A DNA stretch of 52,753 bases from NCBI GenBank assembly GCA_043821705.1, contig JBDRCN010000016.1, positions 1-52,753 of the forward strand, in the 5' to 3' direction. Both the position numbers and the translations under genes were made by a program. The notes below the pieces were generated by a model that did no database searches, was not told the DNA's origin, and worked only from the letters and a program-made list of their open reading frames with translations. Positions 18,877 to 27,032 of the stretch are shown here, piece after piece. Each line of letters opens with the position of its first letter. Position 1 is the stretch's first letter. The stretch is from Candidatus Omnitrophota bacterium. Lineage in GTDB: Bacteria; Omnitrophota; Gorgyraeia; Gorgyraeales; Gorgyraeaceae.

Positions 18877-19112
18877 ATAGTTGAAGCTAAATGGATACTC
18901 TGTCTGCGAATTTGAAAATTTAAACTTTTATGAAGCAATTTTCGGTTTTTATGCCACATTTTATGAGGCGAAAAAACTCGAAGCTGTTCGACGGCACCGC
19001 ACCAGATTTTGCGGTGCCTAGTTTTTTAAGCCCCGAAAAATGCTGAATAAAAGGCGACCCAAAGGGAAAATTTTCATATGAGCGGACAGAGCTCCTTTTA
19101 GATTTAACTGAT
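18877..19112 (+). other. Structured dispersed element family D, copy 1 (ncRNA or non-autonomous mobile element)
   Basis: About 50-nt imperfect terminal inverted arms plus internal hairpins; colinear with 52181-52584. Confidence 0.8.
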
Positions 19113-19116
19113 AGGT

Positions 19117-19163
19117 GGGGGCAGGTTCCCGCTTGGGAGGGAAACGGTCCCAAGTTCGCTCTA
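19117..19163 (+). repeat. REP-like palindrome family A, dispersed copy
   Basis: GGGGGCAGGTTCCCGCTTGGGAGGGAAACGGTCCC, 30/35 identical to the RAYT left-flank copy. Confidence 0.75.
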
Positions 19164-19169
19164 TTTTCA

Positions 19170-19198
19170 TTGACCTTTTTTCCTTATAGTGTTAAAAT
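19170..19198 (+). promoter_or_regulatory. sigma70 promoter of the acsV operon
   Basis: TTGACC, 17-nt spacer, TG-T-TAAAAT. The ATG is only 10 nt downstream and there is no SD. Confidence 0.7.
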
Positions 19199-19208
19199 CT
19201 AAGCTACT

Positions 19209-21146
19209 ATGGAAAAATTTACTATTAAATTTCTGCCTGCCAATAAGACCGTAGAGGTACAAAAAGGTGTTGACCTCTTAACAGCTAGTATTAAAGCTGG
19301 TATACATATATATAATAGCTGTGGGGGAGAGGGTGTATGTGGAAGATGTAAGGTCATAATAAAAAAAGGCAGGGTCATAGCTGAGCAAAGCGGCAGGATA
19401 TCAGCCAAAGAACGGTCCAAGGGCTATGTTCTTGCATGCCGCGCTACTCCTGAATCCAATCTTGAAGTCTTTATCCCTGAAGAATCCAGGCTGGGCGACA
19501 TAGAAGTCCTTACTGAAGAGACAAGATCGAAGCGCCTTGCTGGGCTTTACACTCCTGCTGAAGAGATAGAAGAAGAAAAACATAAAAAAGATGCCCTAGT
19601 CTTCAAGCACGGGCCTCTTTCAACAAAATTATTTTTAAAATTAAGCCGTCCGAGTATTGACGATAATATGGGGGATGCGGAGCGGCTTTTTAGCGCCATA
19701 AAGCAAGGCAGAGACATTAATATTATGCAGATGGGGTTGGCAAATATAAAAAAATTACCCCGCCTCTTAAGAGAATCTGATTGGGAAGTCACGGTCACTC
19801 TCGGGAACAGGAACGGCACCACTGAAATAGTATTGATCGAACCTGGCAATAAATCAGGTAAGAATCTAGGCATTGCCCTAGACATAGGTACCACTACCAT
19901 AGTAGCATACCTGGTAGACCTTAAATCCCAGAAAGTGCTAGGCGCGAAAGCAAGCTATAACCCTCAGGTAGATTTTGGAGAAGACGTAATATCAAGGATC
20001 ATGTATGCAAAAGAACCAGCTGGTTTAGAAAAATTGCACCACGCTGTAGTAGACACTGTAAATAACCTGGTAAATAATCTCGCAAAAGAAAATAACCTCA
20101 CTTTAAATGATATCAATGCGTGCATGTCAGCTGGGAACACCACGATGACGCATTTACTTTTAAAGATAAACCCAGAATATATAAGAAAAGAGCCTTACAT
20201 ACCTGCTATTAATTTTATGCCCGTGATACGAGCTATAGAAGTTGGTATAAAGATAAACCCCAGAGGCCTTCTAGCGTGTCTTCCCAGCATAGGCAGTTAT
20301 GTTGGCGGAGATATAATCGGAGGGATACTAGCATCTGACATGGATAACTCCAAAGACTTGTCTCTCTTTATAGATATGGGGACTAATGGGGAAGTAGTTG
20401 TCGGGAATAAAGAATATCTTATCGCGTGCTCCACATCGGCTGGCCCATGCTTTGAAGGAGGAGGGATTGTTTCCGGAGTAAGAGCGATGAAAGGTGCTAT
20501 CCAAAAAGTCTATATAAAAAATAAGAAGTTAACTTTTGAGACCATAGGCAAGCTTCCGCCAAACGGTATCTGTGGATCTGGGATAATAGACCTCTTGAGC
20601 GTCTTACTCGAGAACAAGATAATCGATAGGTCTGGCAAGATAAAAGACAACAATATCTGTAAGGCAAGAGAAGATAGTGGCGTAAAAGAGATAGTACTCT
20701 GCGATAAAAAGAAATCTGCCACAGGAAAAGATATAGTGATCACTGAAAATGATATAAAGAACATCATCCACTCAAAAGGTGCAATATATATTGGGATAGA
20801 AACCCTCTTAAAAGAGATAGGATGTAAGAGATCCGACATAAAACATGTCTTTATAGCTGGGGGACTTGGCACAGCCTTAAGCATAAGGTCCAGCATAAAT
20901 ATCGGCCTATTGCCAGATCTCCCTGAAAAAATATTCGAGTTCCTTGGAAATACTTCTATTACTGGTGCAAAGCTTGCGCTTCTTTCAAGTGAAGCAATGG
21001 AAAATGCCTGCATTATCGCAAACAAGACCACTTATCTTGATCTAAGCACAAATTCAAACTTCATGAATAATTACAGTGCTAGTCTTTTTCTGCCGCATAC
21101 AGATATAGAACTATTCCCGAGTGTCAAAAAAATACTAAGCAAATGA
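19209..21146 (+). CDS. acsV: ASKHA/2Fe-2S reductive activator of corrinoid protein (RACo/AcsV)
   Basis: N-terminal 2Fe-2S SCGGEGVCGRC...LAC, then DIGTTT, YVGGDI, DMGTNGE, SAGPCFEG and GICGSG. Confidence 0.92.
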   Translation: MEKFTIKFLPANKTVEVQKGVDLLTASIKAGIHIYNSCGGEGVCGRCKVIIKKGRVIAEQSGRISAKERSKGYVLACRATPESNLEVFIPEESRLGDIEVLTEETRSKRLAGLYTPAEEIEEEKHKKDALVFKHGPLSTKLFLKLSRPSIDDNMGDAERLFSAIKQGRDINIMQMGLANIKKLPRLLRESDWEVTVTLGNRNGTTEIVLIEPGNKSGKNLGIALDIGTTTIVAYLVDLKSQKVLGAKASYNPQVDFGEDVISRIMYAKEPAGLEKLHHAVVDTVNNLVNNLAKENNLTLNDINACMSAGNTTMTHLLLKINPEYIRKEPYIPAINFMPVIRAIEVGIKINPRGLLACLPSIGSYVGGDIIGGILASDMDNSKDLSLFIDMGTNGEVVVGNKEYLIACSTSAGPCFEGGGIVSGVRAMKGAIQKVYIKNKKLTFETIGKLPPNGICGSGIIDLLSVLLENKIIDRSGKIKDNNICKAREDSGVKEIVLCDKKKSATGKDIVITENDIKNIIHSKGAIYIGIETLLKEIGCKRSDIKHVFIAGGLGTALSIRSSINIGLLPDLPEKIFEFLGNTSITGAKLALLSSEAMENACIIANKTTYLDLSTNSNFMNNYSASLFLPHTDIELFPSVKKILSK

Positions 21147-21149
21147 ACA

Positions 21150-21183
21150 TACTAAAAACTAACAACTAAAAACTAACAACTAT
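21150..21183. repeat. Tandem CTAAAAA/CTAACAA heptamers
   Basis: CTAAAAACTAACAACTAAAAACTAACAACTA; same unit as the right arm of 10186-10272. Confidence 0.7.
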
Positions 21184-21184
21184 T

Positions 21185-21928
21185 ATGTCATACACAATTG
21201 CAATAGCTGGTAAAGGAGGAGTAGGGAAGACCACTACATCCTCATTATTGATAAAACTCCTGGCTAAAATAGCTACACCTGTCTTAGCAGTAGACGCTGA
21301 CCCTAATTCGAACCTCAATACCCTGCTAGGCCTGGATTACACTGAAACCATAGCTGATATAAGAGAGGAAGCTAAAAACCTAAACTCACTTAACATGTCT
21401 AAAAGTGACTTCTTCAACATGAAAATAGAAGAAGCTATCTCCGAAGGAAAAGGTATTGACCTGTTAGTGATGGGAAGGCCTGAGGGAAGTGGGTGCTACT
21501 GCGCTGTGAACAACATCCTCAGGGAATATCTTTCTAAGATCAGCAAAAGTTATAGATTCGTTGTAATAGATAATGAAGCTGGGATGGAGCACTTGAGCAG
21601 AAGAACAGCTTCCAATATAGATCAGTTGGTCCTGGTAAGCGACCCTACGGCAGTCGGATTAAGATCAGCTGTAAACGCTTATAACACTGTTAAAAAAGCT
21701 GGCATAAAAGTAGAGGAGTTTTCTCTCATAATAAATAAAGCTAAAGAAAAGATAGACAGTAAAAAAGAAAAAATTATCGAGGAGGCTGGATTAGTGATAG
21801 ATGGGTATTTGCCTTATCAAGAACAGATAGTAGAAACCAGCGAAAAAGGCAATATCATGGAAGTTGATAACGATATAGGGGACCTGCCAAGATTAATAGA
21901 AAAAATAGTCAAGAAGGTGAGGGCATAA
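21185..21928 (+). CDS. cooC: CODH/ACS nickel-insertion ATPase (CooC/AcsF)
   Basis: GKGGVGKT, DADPN, GSGCYC and DNEAGMEHLSR. Confidence 0.93.
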   Translation: MSYTIAIAGKGGVGKTTTSSLLIKLLAKIATPVLAVDADPNSNLNTLLGLDYTETIADIREEAKNLNSLNMSKSDFFNMKIEEAISEGKGIDLLVMGRPEGSGCYCAVNNILREYLSKISKSYRFVVIDNEAGMEHLSRRTASNIDQLVLVSDPTAVGLRSAVNAYNTVKKAGIKVEEFSLIINKAKEKIDSKKEKIIEEAGLVIDGYLPYQEQIVETSEKGNIMEVDNDIGDLPRLIEKIVKKVRA

Positions 21929-21930
21929 CA

Positions 21931-22890
21931 ATGGAGAAGATAACAGAAAAATGGCAAGAAGCAATAACACAAGTAACTTTAGGAGCTGGCAAAGACCAGG
22001 GTGGTACCAGGAGTAAAAGTATCACAATAGGCGGTGAAACTGGTGTCTATTTTATCAAGGGTGAAGATAAATGCCCAAACCCTCCAATAGTAGCAATGGA
22101 AGTATGGGATATGGAACCAGAAACGTGGCCTGAAACCTTAAAAAAAGAATATGGAAGTGTACTATCTAACCCTATTGAATGGGCAAAGATGTGCGTTGAA
22201 AAGTTTTCAAGCGAGATATTATGTCTAAGGCTTTCCAGCATGCATCCTGATTCAAAAAACACATCTAAAGAAGAAACTGGAAAATTGCTAGAGGGGATCA
22301 TAAAAGTTGTCTCTGTGCCGCTAATTATAATAGGATGCTCTTCTCCTGAAAAAGACAATGAAGCAATGGTACACCTGACAGAAGTAGCAAAAGGTGAAAA
22401 CTGTTTGTTCGGCATAGCTACTCAAGAAAATTACAAGACCCTTACTGCAGCATGCTTGAGTGGAGGCCATTCTATGATTTCAGAAGCGCCTATAGATATC
22501 AATATTGCGAAACAGTTGAATATCCTGATATGCGATATGCAGTTACCTAACAATAGAATAGTGATACATCATGCAACTGGAGCGCTTGGATATGGGTTAG
22601 AATACACATATTCTATAATGGAAAGAACAAGGTTAGCAGGACTTTCAGGAGACAAGATGCTCTCAATGCCTATGATAAACTTTATTGGACAGGAAATATG
22701 GCGCACAAAAGAAGCTAAGACAGGTGATGAAGTATCTGGGGATTGGGGACCAGCAAAAGACAGGGGAGCGCTTTTAGAAATGGCTACCTCTATGTCCTAT
22801 CTGAATGCAGGAAGCGATATTTTAGTAATGAATCACCCGAAAGCAGTAGAGAAAACCAGAGAAGCTATAAAAGACCTATGTAAATCGTGA
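21931..22890 (+). CDS. acsD: Corrinoid iron-sulfur protein, small (delta) subunit
   Basis: TIGGET, PIDINIAKQLN, ALGYGLEY and ERTRLAGLSGDKMLSMP. Confidence 0.95.
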   Translation: MEKITEKWQEAITQVTLGAGKDQGGTRSKSITIGGETGVYFIKGEDKCPNPPIVAMEVWDMEPETWPETLKKEYGSVLSNPIEWAKMCVEKFSSEILCLRLSSMHPDSKNTSKEETGKLLEGIIKVVSVPLIIIGCSSPEKDNEAMVHLTEVAKGENCLFGIATQENYKTLTAACLSGGHSMISEAPIDINIAKQLNILICDMQLPNNRIVIHHATGALGYGLEYTYSIMERTRLAGLSGDKMLSMPMINFIGQEIWRTKEAKTGDEVSGDWGPAKDRGALLEMATSMSYLNAGSDILVMNHPKAVEKTREAIKDLCKS

Positions 22891-22943
22891 ACCGTGATTC
22901 GTGATTCGTGAACAGATCACGGATTACGCATTACGAATTACGA
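22886..22943. repeat. Heptamer-built palindrome, copy 2
   Basis: CGTGAACCGTGATTCGTGATTCGTGAACAGATCACGGATTACGCATTACGAATTACGA; contains the acsD stop codon. Confidence 0.9.
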
Positions 22944-22961
22944 AACAAAAGGAGTTTTAGA

Positions 22962-23756
22962 ATGTTTATTATCGGTGAGAGAATCAACGGGATGTTTAAA
23001 GATGTGGGAGAGGCTATAAATAAAAAAGATAAAACTATTATACAGTCTTTGGCAAAAAAACAACTTGAAGCTGGAGCTAAAGCCCTGGATGTGAATGTAG
23101 GCCCAGCCTCAGCTAACCCAAAAGAATCCATGGAATGGCTCGTAAAAACCATAACAGAGGTAACTGATGCACGCCTTGCCATAGACACTACTAAGATAGA
23201 TGTCATGGAAGCTGGCCTAAGCCTATGCAGATCAAAACCCATAATAAACTCTGTAAATGCCAATGAAGATAAGATGAAGGCATTATTCCCTCTAGCAAAG
23301 AAATTCAATGCTTCTATCATAGGTCTTACTATGGATAAGGGAGGTATACCAAAAGATGCTGAAGGAAGGCTAGAACTTGCGATCAAAATAGTTTCTAGCT
23401 GTATGGAGCATGGGGTAGATATCCAGGAATTATATATAGATGCGGTGATCTTGCCTGTAAATGTAGCTCAAGTCCACGCAAAAGAAGTCTTAAGGACTAT
23501 CAGGGAATCAAAGATGCTTTCTGATCCTCCGCCTAAAACAATGTTAGGGCTTTCAAATGTATCCCAAGGCTCTCTCCCAGAATGCAAAAATCTGATCAAC
23601 AGGACTTTTTTAGCAATGGCTATCGGAGCTGGATTAGATGGGGCTATAATGGATGCTGAGGACAAAGATCTCATGGATGCAGCTATCACTGCAGAACTTT
23701 TAATGGAAAAACAACTTTATTGCGACTCATTTCTAAACGCATACAGAAAGAAGTAA
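22962..23756 (+). CDS. acsE: Methyltetrahydrofolate:corrinoid protein methyltransferase
   Basis: MFIIGERING, LDVNVG, IDTT, INSVNA and GLSNVSQG. GGAG RBS before ATG 22962; the track's extra N-terminus is translated repeat. Confidence 0.94.
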   Translation: MFIIGERINGMFKDVGEAINKKDKTIIQSLAKKQLEAGAKALDVNVGPASANPKESMEWLVKTITEVTDARLAIDTTKIDVMEAGLSLCRSKPIINSVNANEDKMKALFPLAKKFNASIIGLTMDKGGIPKDAEGRLELAIKIVSSCMEHGVDIQELYIDAVILPVNVAQVHAKEVLRTIRESKMLSDPPPKTMLGLSNVSQGSLPECKNLINRTFLAMAIGAGLDGAIMDAEDKDLMDAAITAELLMEKQLYCDSFLNAYRKK

Positions 23757-23759
23757 AAC

Positions 23760-24176
23760 ATGGTAATAACAAAAAAGATAAAATTAGAAACAAAAGGACT
23801 GACCGATATCATTGATATCACCAGTGAAGTATCTAGTATGCTTTCAAGATCAAAATTAAAAATAGGCACGGTTACTGTTTTTTGCCCTGGCTCCACTGGA
23901 GGCCTTACGACTGTCGAGTATGAGCCTGGGTTAGTAGAAGACCTGAAAAACTTTTTTGAGAAGATAGCCCCTGTGTCAGGAGAATACGAACATAATAATC
24001 GCTGGCACGATGGAAATGGTTATGCTCATGTAAGAGCTAGCCTATTGGGGCCCAGCATAAATGTCCCTTTTTCAGAAGGCAAGATCATGCTAGGCACATG
24101 GCAGCAGATCATATTCATTGATTTTGACAACAGGGCAAGATCCCGGGAATTAATAGTACAAATGATCGGGGAATAG
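23760..24176 (+). CDS. yjbQ: YjbQ/UPF0047 family protein
   Basis: DIIDIT, EYEPGL, HVRASLLG and LGTWQQIIFIDFD. Confidence 0.92.
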   Translation: MVITKKIKLETKGLTDIIDITSEVSSMLSRSKLKIGTVTVFCPGSTGGLTTVEYEPGLVEDLKNFFEKIAPVSGEYEHNNRWHDGNGYAHVRASLLGPSINVPFSEGKIMLGTWQQIIFIDFDNRARSRELIVQMIGE

Positions 24177-24180
24177 TGTT

Positions 24181-25467
24181 ATGAAACCTATATTACAATT
24201 AGCATTGGATTTTGTTGATCTAAAAAGAGCTATTAAATGTGCGGAAGAATCTGTAAAAGGAGGCGTGGACTGGCTAGAAGCAGGCACGCCTCTAATAAAA
24301 AGCGAAGGACTTAATGTTATAAGAGAGCTAAGAAAAAGATTTCCTAAAAAAACAATAGTAGCTGACATGAAGATCATGGATGCAGGACGCGTAGAAGTAG
24401 AGATAGCAGCTAAAGCAGGAGCAAATATTGTATGTGTTCTCGGTGCAGCAAGCGATGCTACTATCAGAGAATGCGTAGAAGCCGCTCATAACTATGGCGC
24501 TAAGATCCAGGTAGATCTAATAGCTGTAAAATATACTAAAAAAAGAGCGAAACAAGCTGAGGAACTCGGAGCTGATTATATTGGGATACACTGTTCGATA
24601 GATGACCAGATGCGAGGTAAAAACCCGTTCTCTGAACTAAAAGATATCTCACGGTCAGTAAATATCCCTATTGCAGTAGCTGGAGGGATAAATTCTGAAA
24701 CAGCGCCCGAAGCCATAAAATCAGGTGCAAGTATAGTAATAGTAGGTGGCGCTATAAATAAAGCAAGCAACGCTACAAATGCTACAAAAAAGATAAAAGA
24801 ATCCATTGTTAAGTTAAAAAAAGTAAAAACTGACCTATATAAAAGAGTATCTGAAAAAGATATTGAAAATGTCCTAAAAAAAGTATCTTGTGCTAATCTC
24901 TCTGATGCTATGCATAGAGGAGGTGCGCTTGAGGGAATATCAGCTGTCACTCCTGGAGTAAGGATGTTTGGAAGAGCGCTGACTGTAAGGACATATCCGG
25001 GAGACTGGTCTAAGCCAGTAGAAGCTATTGATGAAGCTGGTCCTGGAATAGTCATAGTTATTGATGCGGGAGGCGTAGGCCCTGCTTTATGGGGAGAATT
25101 AGCCACGCACGCCGCTATTCAAAAAAAGGTAGCAGGAGTAGTTATAAATGGTGCTATCAGGGATGTAGAAGATATAAAAAAGTCTGGGTTCCCTGCGTTT
25201 AGCAAACTTATCATGCCGCAAGCAGGAGAACCAAAAGGTTTTGGCGAGATAGGCGTCCCAGTAATAATAAGCGGTAGGAGGATATTTTCAGGAGATTATA
25301 TAATTGGTGACGATGACGGAGTTGTTGTTATCCCTAAAGATAAGGCAGTTGAAATAGCGAACAGGGCCATGAGCGTCCTGGAAGCAGAAAACAGGATAAG
25401 AAGAGAGATAGATGAAGGAAGTACTCTCGCAAAAGTAATGGAGCTTTTAAAGTGGGAAAAAAAATAG
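24181..25467 (+). CDS. 3-hexulose-6-phosphate synthase fused to an RraA/HMG-aldolase domain
   Basis: N-terminal LQLALD, EAGTPLIK, ADMKIMDAG and AVAGGI (Hps); C-terminal SDAM, GDW.KP, WGEL, GAIRD and GDDDGVVVIP (RraA). Confidence 0.88.
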   Translation: MKPILQLALDFVDLKRAIKCAEESVKGGVDWLEAGTPLIKSEGLNVIRELRKRFPKKTIVADMKIMDAGRVEVEIAAKAGANIVCVLGAASDATIRECVEAAHNYGAKIQVDLIAVKYTKKRAKQAEELGADYIGIHCSIDDQMRGKNPFSELKDISRSVNIPIAVAGGINSETAPEAIKSGASIVIVGGAINKASNATNATKKIKESIVKLKKVKTDLYKRVSEKDIENVLKKVSCANLSDAMHRGGALEGISAVTPGVRMFGRALTVRTYPGDWSKPVEAIDEAGPGIVIVIDAGGVGPALWGELATHAAIQKKVAGVVINGAIRDVEDIKKSGFPAFSKLIMPQAGEPKGFGEIGVPVIISGRRIFSGDYIIGDDDGVVVIPKDKAVEIANRAMSVLEAENRIRREIDEGSTLAKVMELLKWEKK

Positions 25468-26555
25468 AGACAAAAAAGATATTTATCGCAGCTACAAAGC
25501 AAAATGACGGTAAGACCACTGTATCTATTGGCCTTATAAACGTTCTTAGGAAAAGATTCAATAAAGTAGGTTTTATAAAACCAGTAGGCCAAAGATATGT
25601 GGTCGAAGAAGGCCATAAAGTAGACGAGGATTCTGTATTAATAGAGAAGATATGCGGGACTAAATCCCCCTTAAAAGACATGAGCCCTATTGCTATAGAA
25701 AAAGGTTTTACTGAAAAATATATAGTAAAAGGGCGTAGTGAAAAACTAAGCGCTAATATAGTTTCTTCTTTTGAGCGCATCTCGAAAGGCAAAGAACTTG
25801 TCATAATCGAGGGGACTGGCCACGCTGGGGTAGGTTCTGTCTTTGACCTTTCAAATGCAAAGGTCGCTAAACTATTAGGAGCAAAGGTAGTACTAATAGC
25901 TGCTGGAGGAATAGGAAAACCTATTGATGAAATAGAACTGAACATGGCATTGTTTGAAAAAGAGGGAGTAGAGGTAATAGGCATAATAATAAATAAAGTA
26001 AAACTGGAAAAATATCAGAAAGTCAAACGCATCGTCAATATGGGCCTTAAAAGCAGAGGTCTTGACCTCCTGGGAGTCATCCCTTACAGAGCTTCACTTT
26101 CAATGCCGATCATACAGCATATTCTCGAAGAAACAGATATGGAGCTGATCTCAAAAAAGATAGGCATGCGGAATAGGATAAAAAAGATCCTGATCGGTGC
26201 TATGGAGCCTCACGATGCACTCAATTATATTGAAAAAGAATCTTTATTGATAACCCCTGGGGACAGGGAAGATATGCTCATGACCCTTTTGAGCGCTCAT
26301 CTATTAAAAAAAGACATCTCCATATCCGGCATTGTGCTTACAGGCGGGATCGTGCCTAATAAAAAAATAATGACCTTGATAGAAAACGCGGATATTCCTG
26401 TCATCCTCAGCAAGCACCACACATATCTGACTGCCTCTAAGATACACGACCTTGCTGTAAAGATCGGGCCGAAGGATAAAGAAAAAACAAAACTCGCAAC
26501 GAAATTAGTGGAAAAATATGTCAATATAAATAAACTACTGTCAAAATTGGGTTAG
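25452..26555 (+). CDS. BioD-like/DRTGG phosphotransacetylase N-terminal domain protein, without the catalytic PTA_PTB domain
   Basis: GKTTVS, FIKPVGQ, EGTGHAGVGSVFDLSNA, ITPGDRED and VLTGG; only 367 aa. Confidence 0.85.
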   Translation: MGKKIETKKIFIAATKQNDGKTTVSIGLINVLRKRFNKVGFIKPVGQRYVVEEGHKVDEDSVLIEKICGTKSPLKDMSPIAIEKGFTEKYIVKGRSEKLSANIVSSFERISKGKELVIIEGTGHAGVGSVFDLSNAKVAKLLGAKVVLIAAGGIGKPIDEIELNMALFEKEGVEVIGIIINKVKLEKYQKVKRIVNMGLKSRGLDLLGVIPYRASLSMPIIQHILEETDMELISKKIGMRNRIKKILIGAMEPHDALNYIEKESLLITPGDREDMLMTLLSAHLLKKDISISGIVLTGGIVPNKKIMTLIENADIPVILSKHHTYLTASKIHDLAVKIGPKDKEKTKLATKLVEKYVNINKLLSKLG

Positions 26556-26564
26556 GAGGTAAAA

Positions 26565-26720
26565 ATGTTCGGACTAGGCATGCAAGAATTGATCTTGATC
26601 ATCCTTATCTGTCTTCTTGTTTTCGGAGCAGCAAAGCTTCCAGAGATCGCCAGAAACCTGGCAAAAGGCATCAAGGAGTTCAAAAAAGGCCTTAAAGACG
26701 ATGAAAAAAACGGGGACTAG
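26565..26720 (+). CDS. tatA: Twin-arginine translocase TatA/TatE subunit (not in ORF track)
   Basis: MFGLGMQELILIILICLLVFGAAKLPEIARNLAKGIKEFKKGLKDDEKNGD; AGGAGG RBS. Confidence 0.93.
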   Translation: MFGLGMQELILIILICLLVFGAAKLPEIARNLAKGIKEFKKGLKDDEKNGD

Positions 26721-26784
26721 GAAACTCGAGTTGTGACCTGAGGCTTGTGACCTGCAACCTAACTATTTATTGCTTATATATTGC

Positions 26785-26813
26785 TTGACATATATCATAG
26801 ATTTGTATAAAAT
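26785..26813 (+). promoter_or_regulatory. sigma70 promoter of rpsU
   Basis: TTGACA, 17-nt spacer, TAAAAT. Confidence 0.75.
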
Positions 26814-26860
26814 GCCAAATATATAACATATATTACTAATAATGAAGGAGTGAGATAAAA

Positions 26861-27025
26861 ATGTCGAGAATTGAGATTTCTCCAGGTGAACCGCTAGAAA
26901 AAGCTCTAAGGCGCTTTAAGAAAAAGATAGAGCGTGAAGGCACACTCAAACAATTAAAGGCACGAAAACACTACGAAAAGCCAAGCGAAAAAAAACGAAA
27001 AAAGACAAGATCTGTTAATAAATAG
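26861..27025 (+). CDS. rpsU: 30S ribosomal protein S21 (not in ORF track)
   Basis: MSRIEISPGEPLEKALRRFKKKIEREGTLKQLKARKHYEKPSEKKRKK; AAGGAG RBS. Confidence 0.95.
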   Translation: MSRIEISPGEPLEKALRRFKKKIEREGTLKQLKARKHYEKPSEKKRKKTRSVNK

Positions 27026-27032
27026 CCCAGAA

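Noticed and set aside
18877-19112. Element D as an integron attC site or a riboswitch
   Set aside because: The GTT and AAC boxes are in the reverse order for attC and no integrase is present. It lies upstream of the acsV promoter, and copy 2 is antisense to its neighbours.
18920-19153. Minus-strand 77-aa ORF, with a matching peptide in the 52534-52725 ORF (VKSKRS..RSYENFP)
   Set aside because: The peptide match simply reflects the element D DNA repeat. The frame is not kept through the insertions, and changes follow base-pairing rather than codon position.
22908-22961. N-terminal extension of AcsE in the ORF track
   Set aside because: It is translated heptamer repeat; the RBS and homology support ATG 22962.
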